From Proteromonas lacertae (Eukaryota): a DNA stretch of 64,000 nt. Below the pieces are notes generated by a model. That model was given only the letters and a program-made list of their open reading frames with translations. It did no database searches and had not been told where the DNA came from. Positions 1 through 11,258 of this stretch are shown one piece after another (position 1 is the stretch's first letter; each line of letters begins with the position of its first letter). A program made the position numbers and the translations under genes. The stretch lies in NCBI GenBank assembly GCA_002245135.1, contig NGBS01000586.1, positions 248,001-312,000 on the forward strand, in the 5' to 3' direction.

Positions 1-393
1 AGTATTTCTATTTAGTAAAATTAATAATCTATGTTATTTAGTAAGATGTTTTTTAATAGATAAAAGAACACTAATTTTTATTACAACAAATTATAAGTTT
101 CATACACAATAGTACTATTGAAAACTCAAGATACACAACCAAAACCTACAATGCTGTGCTTTTTAAATTAAAAAAATGTGAGTCATCTTCAAGCCAAAAG
201 CTTGCAGTTTTAGGAGCATTTTCGCCAAAATTTAGGTTCAAATCATTCCCTTTTCTTTTTCTTTCTATAAAGAGGAGAGTATATAGTGAGTGATATATAC
301 ATTCAGATCAATTTTTCAATCGTATTAGCTTGATTAGATATATTAGTTTGTTACAAACTCTACATTTTACTTAATTTACGTGTCATACAGAGA

Positions 394-3181
394 ATGAGTT
401 ATAAAGATGATATACATTTTTTAACTATAAAACCTCCATTAGGTCAGAATGATATGGTGCACTTATGTGAACCTTATAGCATAACTGTTACTATTTCAGT
501 GGGAAAAGAGTATATATTTATCAATATCGATTATACATAGAAGTACTGGAAGTCAGAAATGCAAAGTATTAGCAGATATTTGGACAAATGCCAGAGATAA
601 ATACAGGTATTTCAAAATGTTATTATATTTAATTAAATATATATAGTTCAAGTGGAAGATGGCATGCAATACCAATGGCTTTAGTTAGTCGTGAAGACAA
701 AGGAGAAGCTTTTCATCTCCATTTTTCAGTTTCAATATTAGCAATAACTACAGGTAAATATGAAATAACTTCCAGGTGCAGAGGTGAAGAATTTAGAGAA
801 AATGAATACATATGGATTGGCACTGAATATAGTAATATAATAATAGTTGTTATTCCTTCGCCATTTCAAGGTATTATTAGAACAATGACAAGTGGAGTAG
901 TAAGACAATTTATGAAATGGTTTGAAGAGAATGTAAAAGTAGAAGGATATCCTACTTATGATGATGAGAATAATGCAAATACAGCTAATACAAATACAAA
1001 TACGAATTGTACTTGTACTAATGGATTATTATTGAATGGTTTATCAACATCCTTAATGCCATTAGGAAATAGTAATAGAGACAAAGGAAATAGAAATCTA
1101 ATCGCTTATTGTTCTAGTTTAATAGCTTCTACTGCATTTGAATCAAATATTGAAGTTGATTATTGTGATGGTTTAGTGAAATTATTACATGGTTCTACTT
1201 GGTTAAATAGTGTATCGAATATAAAGAGGTTATTAGTCTGGAGTTTAGGCAGCACATATTTAGCAAATTCATTTCAAAAAAGGTATATATATATATATTA
1301 TTATTATTATTATATCAATAGTATAACTGATTTTCAAAGAGACTTAGCCACTCCTAATCCACGATATATTACAGTGACTGAAAGTCCAAATGAAAAACAA
1401 GCAAAATATAAATCACTTTGTGGGGCATTATCTGCTCTATTAAAAATAGCCATTCAAACGAGAGATGTAAATTCAGATGAAAGTTTCAGATCTATTTTAA
1501 ATAACCAAAGATATTCTCCTTTGCCATTCTCAAGAAGAGCTTTAACTCCAATGAGAATAGCAAAATCAGGTGGTAATACATCGAGTGTATTATTTGAATT
1601 ATTATTAGATATATGTAAAAACTGCATTCCTGATATTTCAGATAAGAAATTATGTGATCAATTAGTCAGTACAGTTGCTGGTTCTAGTGATTCATTGGTT
1701 CAATTATATTTAATAAGAGTGATGAGAGCGTTATATGATAAACCACCTGTTATATTACCGACTGCAATTCATTCTAATTCAAAGAATGTAACTCAAGCAA
1801 TTTGTAATGCATTTTTAATGCATTGTGAATGGAATAAAGAAAAGACAAAAGATGAATTTGATAATGAATATGAAATCAATTTTGATAATAAACATCCTGG
1901 ACCATTATCCACACTCTTAAAATTAGTAAACAATATAATAGAAAAACCACCTAAATGTTTATCAAATGTTGTATATCATAAATCAAAATCAAATTATAAT
2001 AATAAAGATGATACTGATAATGAAAATGATACGGATAATGAGAATGACAATGATGAATCAAATAAATCAAAATTCTTAAAGAAATCTAAAAAATTACCAT
2101 CTCCATCATCTCCAATTAGAGAATTTTCTATTCCTTCCATATCTTTACCTCCTCCTCGTCGAAACAGTATTGCTTTTGAAACATTGAATGAACTTCATCA
2201 ACCAGTAATTGTAGAATCAGATAATAAGAAAAATATAATACCTGCTAAACATAAATATAACTTAATTCCACAATATGGGTCATTTAAAATGGGATCTCCA
2301 GTTATTGCAAAATCTTCGATAGATAGTGTACAATGTAAATGTAATGAAGATAAACAACCATTGAAACCTAATTATGATGATTTACATAGTGATAATAACA
2401 ATGATAGTAAAGCACCAACAACCAGTAATCAATCATTTGATGATACTTCAATACCAGTTTTACCACTTCGATTAGACTTCCTATCATTTCGAGGTAAATC
2501 TTCCAGTTTAAATAGTCGAGAGAATGTTGATAATGCTGTAGTAAACTGTGAAGAATTACACAATCAACCTCTTGTAACAGAAGAAATGGCAAAAGCAGCG
2601 GATGAACATCATAAAGAGAACTTATTATTAATTGGTAAAACATTATTAATATTAATATATAAACTTGACACAGATCATCCTGATTATAAAAAAATAATTG
2701 AAATAATTGTGACGATGTGCCAAAAGAATAAAGACGTGTTTATTATGACTATAAAGAAGTTATTAAATACAACAGCTAAACAGATATCTCAACAATGTTT
2801 TTTATTTCGATTATTATGTAATTTATTAAATCAAGAAGAAACAACGAAGAATTTAGAACTACATAAATTAGAAGTATATTATATATTATTATTAAATAGT
2901 TTACTATTATTAAAAAAGTATGTAATTATGCAACTTCTGTTCATATCGATTTAGCTACAATAGCACTTGAATATTTAAGATATAAATCCAATTCTACCAT
3001 TTGGAGAATAATCAATTTAGAAGATAATAGAAAAACTGCAATTCCTTTTGTTATAGACAGTATATCAAAGAATGAGAATCATTGGAGTGATGATATAAGA
3101 AAATTATCTAAAAAAGTATTGGATGATATAAAAGAAAGTGATATTGTAAAGAAATTCAATAATAATAATAATAATAATTAG
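394..3181 (+). CDS. Uncharacterised multi-exon protein (N-terminal beta-rich region, helical core, low-complexity insert); paralog of 43546-46353
   Basis: ATG at 394, short GT-AG introns, ORF 675-2954, stop TAG 3179-3181. Shares motifs with the 43546 gene (HxCEP, WHxxxMxL, YIWxG, LYDKPP, PLxxLLKL, DYKKIIEI). Confidence 0.7.
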
Positions 3182-3270
3182 TTATAAAAATCGTTTATAG
3201 TAGATATATATTTTTTAATTCTATATATCATTACTTATTAATCATTGTTGTTGTTATAGAAAAATGAGAA

Positions 3271-4178
3271 TTATTTTACATCCATTTTATCAACTAATTC
3301 TTCATGAATTTTGGTATAATATTGTAGTTTTATTATATATTTCTTGGCTCTTTCAAAATCTTCTATTTTATATTATTAAATCATCATTATCATACTATTT
3401 TTAAATCCATCTAATATCTCTCTCAAACATTCATTTGTCTTTTCTCTATTTTTCATTTCTATCGATTCTAATTCTTCTTTACTACAACTTTCTATCTTTT
3501 CTCTTGTTTCAAATATTTCCATTAATAATTCATTGTCTTTTTTACCTAACACTGATTCAAGAAAATCTTTATTTATTCCATTTAATTCCAACTATTATAT
3601 ATGTATTATCTTATATATATTTACTAGATAAAGAGCTCTACTAGATGCATTTCTTAATCGTTTATAAGCTACATTTATTCTTGTTGACATATTTTTACTT
3701 ATATTCAATTCTTTCTATATACATTTTTATTTTCATTTATATACTTCAGATTTATTTAAATAACGATCAGGATGAAGCTGTTTCTGTAAGCTTTTATAAT
3801 GTTGATGTAATTCATTTATATTTATATCAAATTGACTTGGTCTAAAAACTAAATTACAACAGTCTTTCATTTATAGAAATACATAGATAATAATTCAAAA
3901 TCATTACACTCAAATGGAGTGATATCTTGAATCTTATGACACGTTGAACAAACAGTACTACAATTACTCAAAAGATGAGAACAAGACCAACATTTTATCA
4001 TCTCTATACATTATATTATATATTCATTCTTACTTGAACATTTTTCACACTTTGGATTTATCTTTGGAATCTCACTAAAACTTCTAATGTTCATAGAAAT
4101 ATATTTTAATTGCATTGGTGTGAATTTTGTGGTATAACAATGGTTTAAAACAGACAAAATATATTTAGCTTTATTCAT
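3271..4178 (-). CDS. HSCB: HscB/Jac1 (HSC20) Fe-S cluster J-domain co-chaperone, copy 1
   Basis: Reverse complement of 6129-7036: CWSC..CSTC zinc finger, LQKQLHPD J-domain, C-terminal helical domain, 5 short introns. Confidence 0.9.
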
Positions 4179-4246
4179 ATATGATAAATAAAGATGAAAA
4201 AGAAAAAAAGATGTATAAGAAGCGAAAAATGAATAAAATATTATAT

Positions 4247-4317
4247 GCGTCGGTGGTCCAGTGGCATGATACTTCCCTGCCACGGAAGAGACCCGGGTCC
4301 GATTCCCGGCCGACGCA
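4247..4317 (+). tRNA. tRNA-Gly(GCC), copy 1
   Basis: Acceptor stem GCGTCGG/CCGACGC + A; anticodon arm CTTCC-CTGCCAC-GGAAG; T arm CCGGG-TCCGATT-CCCGG. Confidence 0.93.
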
Positions 4318-4495
4318 ATTTATTTTTTACTTTTTTATTTTAAATCTTTTCTTTTCTCAATTATTGATATATCATTATTCTATAGATAAACAGATAATAT
4401 ATTTAACTATATCTTTGTATAATAATAGTTTCATTAATTAATCTATATTGAAGAATTCTTTGGATAATTCTTTTTTAAAGAATCAAACAAGTTTG

Positions 4496-5869
4496 ATGAT
4501 ATTTATCTTAAAATCTTTTGTAGATGATGTAGTATCCTCGATATTGCCATCTAAATTTACAGTATTTTTTTATTTCTATATAATAGATAAAAGAGAGAGT
4601 AGAAAAGAGTAGTAGTGAAGTAGATTTGATAGTACAACTCTAGAATAACAATAAAGTGATGAAAATCATGGATATTAATGGGCTAAGAGAAACAAATGTG
4701 ATAAAATTCCATGAAAACAACTCCTTTTTGTTAGATTGTTGTTTATTTTATACCATTCCTTATGCAATGTATCAACTAAACAGTTATAATGAATGTACAA
4801 TAATATTGAGAGATTATTATGGAAGAGATTTAGAAGAGTTAATGAAGAGTAAATCCTTGTCCAATGATGATATTTATAATATTATAAGTAAAATTTGTGA
4901 TATTTTAGTGATATTAAATGAATATGACGTAGTAATAAGTAATTTGAAGAGTAGTAACGTAATATATGAAGAAGATGATAGAAATATAAAGTTATGTGAT
5001 TTTTATGTTGTTATTTAACAATTTTATGTTAAAATATGATTATGATTTGAGCAATATCTCAATAAATGATGAAAGTGCAATATCATTAACATATAAACTT
5101 GATTCAATTGGAAAATGTTATGGCAAAATAAATCTTAATGGCAATATTATCAAAATGAAAGGATTAAAATCAATTTGTCTAAAGTCCATCATGGACAAAT
5201 GAAGAATTAGAATATTATTTGAATTATTGTATTAAAAAGGAAAGAATGAATAATGAATATGACTTTTCCAGTAAATTATTCTATTATAATTATTAAATAA
5301 TATGAATATCAATGATTCTCATATTTCATTAATTAAACAGATTGATTATAAACAGCTAGATTTATCTAATAATAAAATTACTTCAAAAGGATTAAAAGAA
5401 TTAATAGATTCAATATCAAAATATTCTAATTTTTCAATATATAATAATCCAATTGGAGATGAAGGAATAGAGATAATATGTAAATATTTACACTTCTTTG
5501 TTGGTTCTTATTTATCGTTAAACCTTTTAAGTATTATATGAAATAACATTTGTAATTCTAATAGATATTGGAATGACTGAAAAAGGATTAAAGATGTTAA
5601 TAGAAGAACTAAAAAATTATTGTGAAAAATTAAAAAAGATTGATATATCAGAAAATGAAATAGATGAAAGTGAATTAAGATTGATGATGGAAAATGAAAA
5701 AGTTGTCAATGCTTTAGAAGAATTATCAATAACAGTGAAAGTAGATATAGATAAATCAGAATTAGAATTATTTTTAGAAACATTTGCAAACATTGGAAGG
5801 ATAAAAATAGATGGAATATCAGAAGATGAAAAGAAAGAATTATCCAAAGAATTCTTCAATGTAGATTAA
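4496..5869 (+). pseudogene. Pseudokinase-LRR family copy 1 (internally deleted, premature TAG at ~4641)
   Basis: Exon 1 and intron are homologous to the copies starting at 35723 and 41171. YDVVISNLKSSN..KLCDF joins directly to RNI-like LRRs (LDLSNNKITSKGLKEL, NNPIGDEGIEII); ends KEFFNVD*. Confidence 0.75.
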
Positions 5870-5989
5870 TTAATGAAACTATTATTATACAAAGATATAG
5901 TTAAATATATTATCTGTTTATCTATAGAATAATGATATATCAATAATTGAGAAAAGAAAAGATTTAAAATAAAAAAGTAAAAAATAAAT

Positions 5990-6060
5990 TGCGTCGGCCG
6001 GGAATCGGACCCGGGTCTCTTCCGTGGCAGGGAAGTATCATGCCACTGGACCACCGACGC
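5990..6060 (-). tRNA. tRNA-Gly(GCC), copy 2
   Basis: Exact reverse complement of 4247-4317. Confidence 0.93.
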
Positions 6061-6128
6061 ATATAATATTTTATTCATTTTTCGCTTCTTATACATCTTT
6101 TTTTCTTTTTCATCTTTATTTATCATAT

Positions 6129-7036
6129 ATGAATAAAGCTAAATATATTTTGTCTGTTTTAAACCATTGTTATACCACAAAATTCACACCAATGCAATTA
6201 AAATATATTTCTATGAACATTAGAAGTTTTAGTGAGATTCCAAAGATAAATCCAAAGTGTGAAAAATGTTCAAGTAAGAATGAATATATAATATAATGTA
6301 TAGAGATGATAAAATGTTGGTCTTGTTCTCATCTTTTGAGTAATTGTAGTACTGTTTGTTCAACGTGTCATAAGATTCAAGATATCACTCCATTTGAGTG
6401 TAATGATTTTGAATTATTATCTATGTATTTCTATAAATGAAAGACTGTTGTAATTTAGTTTTTAGACCAAGTCAATTTGATATAAATATAAATGAATTAC
6501 ATCAACATTATAAAAGCTTACAGAAACAGCTTCATCCTGATCGTTATTTAAATAAATCTGAAGTATATAAATGAAAATAAAAATGTATATAGAAAGAATT
6601 GAATATAAGTAAAAATATGTCAACAAGAATAAATGTAGCTTATAAACGATTAAGAAATGCATCTAGTAGAGCTCTTTATCTAGTAAATATATATAAGATA
6701 ATACATATATAATAGTTGGAATTAAATGGAATAAATAAAGATTTTCTTGAATCAGTGTTAGGTAAAAAAGACAATGAATTATTAATGGAAATATTTGAAA
6801 CAAGAGAAAAGATAGAAAGTTGTAGTAAAGAAGAATTAGAATCGATAGAAATGAAAAATAGAGAAAAGACAAATGAATGTTTGAGAGAGATATTAGATGG
6901 ATTTAAAAATAGTATGATAATGATGATTTAATAATATAAAATAGAAGATTTTGAAAGAGCCAAGAAATATATAATAAAACTACAATATTATACCAAAATT
7001 CATGAAGAATTAGTTGATAAAATGGATGTAAAATAA
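6129..7036 (+). CDS. HSCB: HscB/Jac1 (HSC20) Fe-S cluster co-chaperone, copy 2, with putative mitochondrial presequence
   Basis: Spliced translation MNKAKYILSV..KCWSCSHLLSNCSTVCSTCHKIQ..YKSLQKQLHPDRY..INVAYKRLRNASSRALYLLEL..LLMEIFETREKIE..KLQYYTKI..DVK*. Confidence 0.92.
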
Positions 7037-7276
7037 TTCTCATTTTTCTATAACAACAACAATGATTAATAAGTAATGATATATAGAATTAAAAAATATA
7101 TATCTACTATAAACGATTTTTATAACTAATTATTATTATTATTATTATTGAATTTCTTTACAATATCACTTTCTTTTATATCATCCAATACTTTTTTAGA
7201 TAATTTTCTTATATTATCATCACTCTCATTTTTTATATATTAAAAATCAACAAAAAATAATAAAGAACATAAAAAT

Positions 7277-8244
7277 TTAATTAACATTTATTTCTATATT
7301 CTCATTATTCTCACTTATATCATTATTTCCACTATTTTCATTATCATTCTCAACTTCATTATCATTATCGTCATTATCTTCCTCTTCAATAGTATTTTCT
7401 TTTTCTTTCTCAGCTTTAGCATCATCTAATAACTTCTGAAACTCCATAAAGTTCCTATGCGCTTTCTCTTTCTTTTCATTTTCTTGTCTTTCAATTACTT
7501 GTTTTTCTTTTTCTTGAGCTTCTTTAAGACTTTCACCATCATCTAAACTCTTCATAAATACCTCAGCTCTTTCTCTATCCTCAGGGAATACTGGTCTATC
7601 ATCTAAATACTTTAATGTTGGTATTCTAGCTATTAATAACTTTCTATAATTCTTTATTTTTCTTACACAAGGATTACCTTGCATGTATAATAAAGCTAAA
7701 TTAGGCATATGAGTTAAAATCTCAACAATTCCATCAGCATCTTCTATTCTGTTTTTCTTTAAGTCTAAACATTGAATAGAAGGACATTCAAGTAATCCTT
7801 TTAGATTTTCACTAGTTGTAAAGCAATTATTGGTGAGTAAGAGAGTTTTTAGTTTCTTTAAGTTACCTAAGTTTTTAACAACTTTAATTGAATTGTCTGA
7901 TAGATTTAAAGAATCTAAATTCTCGAGAGAGTCTAAATTCTCAATGTCTTCTATACAATTTTCTTGCAAAAATCTATGATAATCAAATAATATTATCAAG
8001 AATACAGATTTGTGAGTTGTTTACATTCATCTAAACCTTCTATCTTTCTCAATCCGTTTCCTTGTAGATGTAGGCATTTTACCCCTGTGTATTCTTCTAA
8101 ATTTTCAATTTTCTTATATCCCTATAATTATAATTAAATAAATATTACTTGATAATGTAAATATAGAATATCATTTAGAGAGGGAGTTCCATACAGGTTA
8201 AGCTTTAGACATGATTCTTTAAGGGCTTTTTTAGTCATCTCCAT
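7277..8244 (-). CDS. DNAAF1: Dynein axonemal assembly factor 1 (LRRC50/ODA7)
   Basis: [58 protein letters not shown]22-type LRRs, [21 protein letters not shown] cap; 2 introns. Confidence 0.92.
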
Positions 8245-8302
8245 CTTGATTATTTGTCTGTAACGAAGTAAAATAAAGAAAAACGGTTTAAAAAACTGAA
8301 TT

Positions 8303-8336
8303 AATACACTTTAAAACAGTGTATTATAAGTGTATT
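8303..8336. promoter_or_regulatory. Cluster of AATACACT motifs in the DNAAF1/RPB5 divergent promoter
   Basis: AATACACT at 8303, AGTGTATT at 8318 and 8329. Confidence 0.55.
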
Positions 8337-8354
8337 ACATTTACATTTTGAAAA

Positions 8355-9057
8355 ATGGATGATAACACGCTAGATCAGTTGTATGAGATAAGAAAAAATG
8401 CAATGAAAATGTTAGATAAAAGGTATAAATCTAAAGAACTATTATTCTAGAGGTTATGCGGTTGATTACGATGAAATGACTATGAGTGTTAAGAAATTCA
8501 AAAAAATTGTATTGAAATATATTACATAATCATATAGTTTGGTAAATGTGAATCAAGAACTAATTTAAGCTTCACAGGAGTTAGAATTGATGATAGTTCA
8601 GATGATATTTACGTTTACTTTACAGAACAAGAAATACTAAAAGTAAATCATTTGAGAGGGTATTAACATTTTTTTTAAATTGTAATATAGGATTGTTGAA
8701 TCATTATTGTCAGAAAATTATCACCATGTAATTTTAATACTTAGAAATAAGCCACAACATTTTGTACAAGCTTCTATAGCTAAATTATCAGGAAAAATAG
8801 AAATTGAGTTATTTCAAGAATCGGAGTTATTAATGGATATAACAGAGTATTTTTTAGTTCCTGAACATATATTATTAACATCACAAGAAGCCCTAGAAGT
8901 AGAAAATCAAATTAAATCATCTCGAAATAAATTACCTCGTCTGAGACTGACTGATCCAATTTCAAAATATTATGGATATAAAGCTGGTGATATAGTTGAG
9001 ATTATTAGACCGAGTGATATATCTGGAAGGTATATAACTTATCGTGTTGTATTGTAA
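8355..9057 (+). CDS. RPB5: DNA-directed RNA polymerases I/II/III subunit RPABC1 (RPB5)
   Basis: MLDKRGY N-terminus; ELFQESELLMDITE..LVPEH..LPRL..TDPISKYYG..GDIVEIIRPSDISGRYITYRVV; 3 short introns. Confidence 0.93.
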
Positions 9058-9202
9058 ACATAATTCTTGATATTTCTTTTTTTCTAAGTTGTTATTATTT
9101 TAGTTGTTTTTATTGATTGTAGTTATTAAATGTTTTTGTTTTTACAGATTGCGATGAATATTATTAATTTGTTAAAAGGAATTAAGAAAAATAAAGAATT
9201 TT

Positions 9203-9216
9203 GAAACGAATATATT
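9203..9216 (+). promoter_or_regulatory. GAAACGAATATATT motif just upstream of a start codon
   Basis: The same 14-mer occurs in sense orientation at 15252-15265 and 56135-56148 (minus strand), upstream of other starts. Confidence 0.5.
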
Positions 9217-9232
9217 TTGAATTAGAAAATTT

Positions 9233-10388
9233 ATGGCAAAGAACATTTCAATTAAAGATGTGTTTTATGCAATTGAATGTATTGCAGTAGGTTCATTATT
9301 TGGAATATTCATTCACAAAAGTAGAGTTTTTAATCCAAAACATGTGAGAGAACAGTTTTTATTAGTTAATTGGGTATGAGTGTTATATTTATTCGGTTTA
9401 GATCATGGTGAAAATGTTTATGAGTGCTGTAGGCTCTGGATTATTAGTCTTTTCTCTTATTGCATATTTTGATCCAGAAAGATTTGCAAAGTCACAAAAT
9501 GGCAAAAGAAATTTAATTCACAGAGGTTTAGTTGGACCATTAGTAGGAGGAATGATTTTAGGTATAGGTTTAGCTTTAGCAGGAGCTTGTCCAGGAATAG
9601 TATATATTCAAATCGGTAGTTTTGTACCTATGGCATTAATCGTATTATTAGGTTGTTTTGTTGGTGGATTCGTATTTGGCTGTGTATCTGACTCTGTAGA
9701 TAGTATTATTTTACCATCTACACCATGCACCATCCCAGGAACATTAAATGACTATTTAAGAATGCCATACTATAAGGTAGCTCCAATAGTCTCAATAATT
9801 GTGTGGTTAGTTATATTTACTATTGAGTATTTCCATCCATGGACTGTAGACTTAGATATTGGCTTAAATCAAAATCATCCAACTGGTTAAGGCATACAGC
9901 ATGGATGCCTGAAATTGCTGGTGCTTGTATTGGATTGTTACAATTTCCAACATTATATGTATGTGGAGGAGGATCAATAGGTAGTGCTAATCAATATATC
10001 ACTCTCTTAGCTCAAGTGTATGACAAAACTCAACATTTTAGAAATGCTAAAGATGGTTGGGGTAATTGGTGGCAAGTATATATATTGAGTATTATTATAA
10101 CTAAAATAGTTCTTTTTCATCTTTGGCAGTGCAATTGGATCTTTTATCAGTAATGAGATGTCATTAGCAATAATGGATATATCATCACCTGTAAGTTATG
10201 TAAGTGGATTTATTGGTGGATTTTGCTTATTATTTGGTGCAAGAATGGCTAGAGGCTGTACTAGTGGAAATGGAATATCAGGATTGTCTTTATTATCTAC
10301 TGTAGGGTTAGTATGTAGCTGTGGTATGTTTGGTGGAGCTATTGCTACTGCTATGATATTAAGGTCATTACACATGTTTGGTTATTAA
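9233..10388 (+). CDS. YeeE/YedE (TsuA-like) thiosulfate/sulfur transporter family membrane protein
   Basis: GGMILGIGLALAGACPG and GGFCLLFGARMARGCTSGNGISG motifs, multiple TM helices; apparent 1-bp frameshift near 9872. Confidence 0.85.
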
Positions 10389-10535
10389 GAAAGATGGCTT
10401 TATTTTAGATAATCGATTTTATTTTTATATTGTTGATTTTTCGAATAGTAGTGTTGTTGATTGGTATGTAAAATGTTTTTTCTGTCAGAAATATATCAAG
10501 CCGAGTTTTTACATATTTTTTATTCATTTGTAATT

Positions 10536-11148
10536 ATGGAAGTACCAGATAAAGATACTCAAATAAGCATTATGTATCCTCTACTAGAAAGAATACCATT
10601 ACAGCTAGGCGATAAATTGTATATAGAATCATTTTTACATGCATAAGTATAATGGTTAACGAAGGATGGTATCAAAATTGGAATTACTATGTAAACAATG
10701 AAGATGGCAAAAACCGGGTGTATTTATATAATTTTATTGTTAATAGCCAATTACTTGCGATATACGTAATAATGATGTGATTCCGCTAAGACCATTAGCA
10801 TATGACACACTATACAATTGGTATGGTGGTCCAGATGTACCTACTGAAAGATTTGTTGAAAGTAATGAAAACCGTTTATATATTGACTTTTATCCTATAA
10901 AGATTATTTTATATTCTGTTGATATATCGCAGAAGTTCAAAAAGGAGAAAGATATATATTTGCCTGCTGGATTAGAATATGCTGAAATAAAGAATAGAAT
11001 AAGAACATTTTTGAATTTGAAAAAACCATTTGAGTTATATATAAGACAAAGAAATTGCCTTTCATTAGATCCTGCAGATAAATATGTGATTAATAATAAT
11101 TCAGTGTATGATGATATAATTATAGATACTGGCGTAATTATTTTATAA
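10536..11148 (+). CDS. Small DUSP(-UBL) domain protein without USP catalytic domain
   Basis: Spliced LGDKFIMVNEGWYQNWNYYV..YDTLYNWYGG..IDFYPIKI resembles the USP4/11/15 DUSP domain; stop at 11148 close to the convergent ABC gene. Confidence 0.6.
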
Positions 11149-11258
11149 TATATTTAATTACTTTTTGCTTTTTTCATTTGTCTACATGTTTATATCCTTT
11201 TATCCAACATAACAATAATAATAAGAAAACATTGAATCTTTTAAAAAAATTCTTTTCT

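Larger units (their letters stand above)
3093..4473. repeat. Left arm of ~1.38 kb inverted repeat (partner 5834-7214)
   Basis: Mirror ORFs have identical translations (3376-3591 vs 6716-6931; 4181-4441 vs 5866-6126); paired coordinates sum to 10307. Confidence 0.95.
5834..7214. repeat. Right arm of ~1.38 kb inverted repeat (partner 3093-4473)
   Basis: Reverse complement of the left arm; one mismatch seen near the inner edge (4446/5861). Confidence 0.95.

Noticed and set aside
4011..4441. ORFs 4011-4283 and 4181-4441 (and mirrors 5866-6296) as proteins
   Set aside because: They run through the tRNA-Gly gene or only partly overlap HscB exon 1.
3093..7214. Inverted repeat as transposon terminal inverted repeats
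   Set aside because: The arms contain housekeeping genes, the spacer has no transposase, and no target-site duplication was seen.
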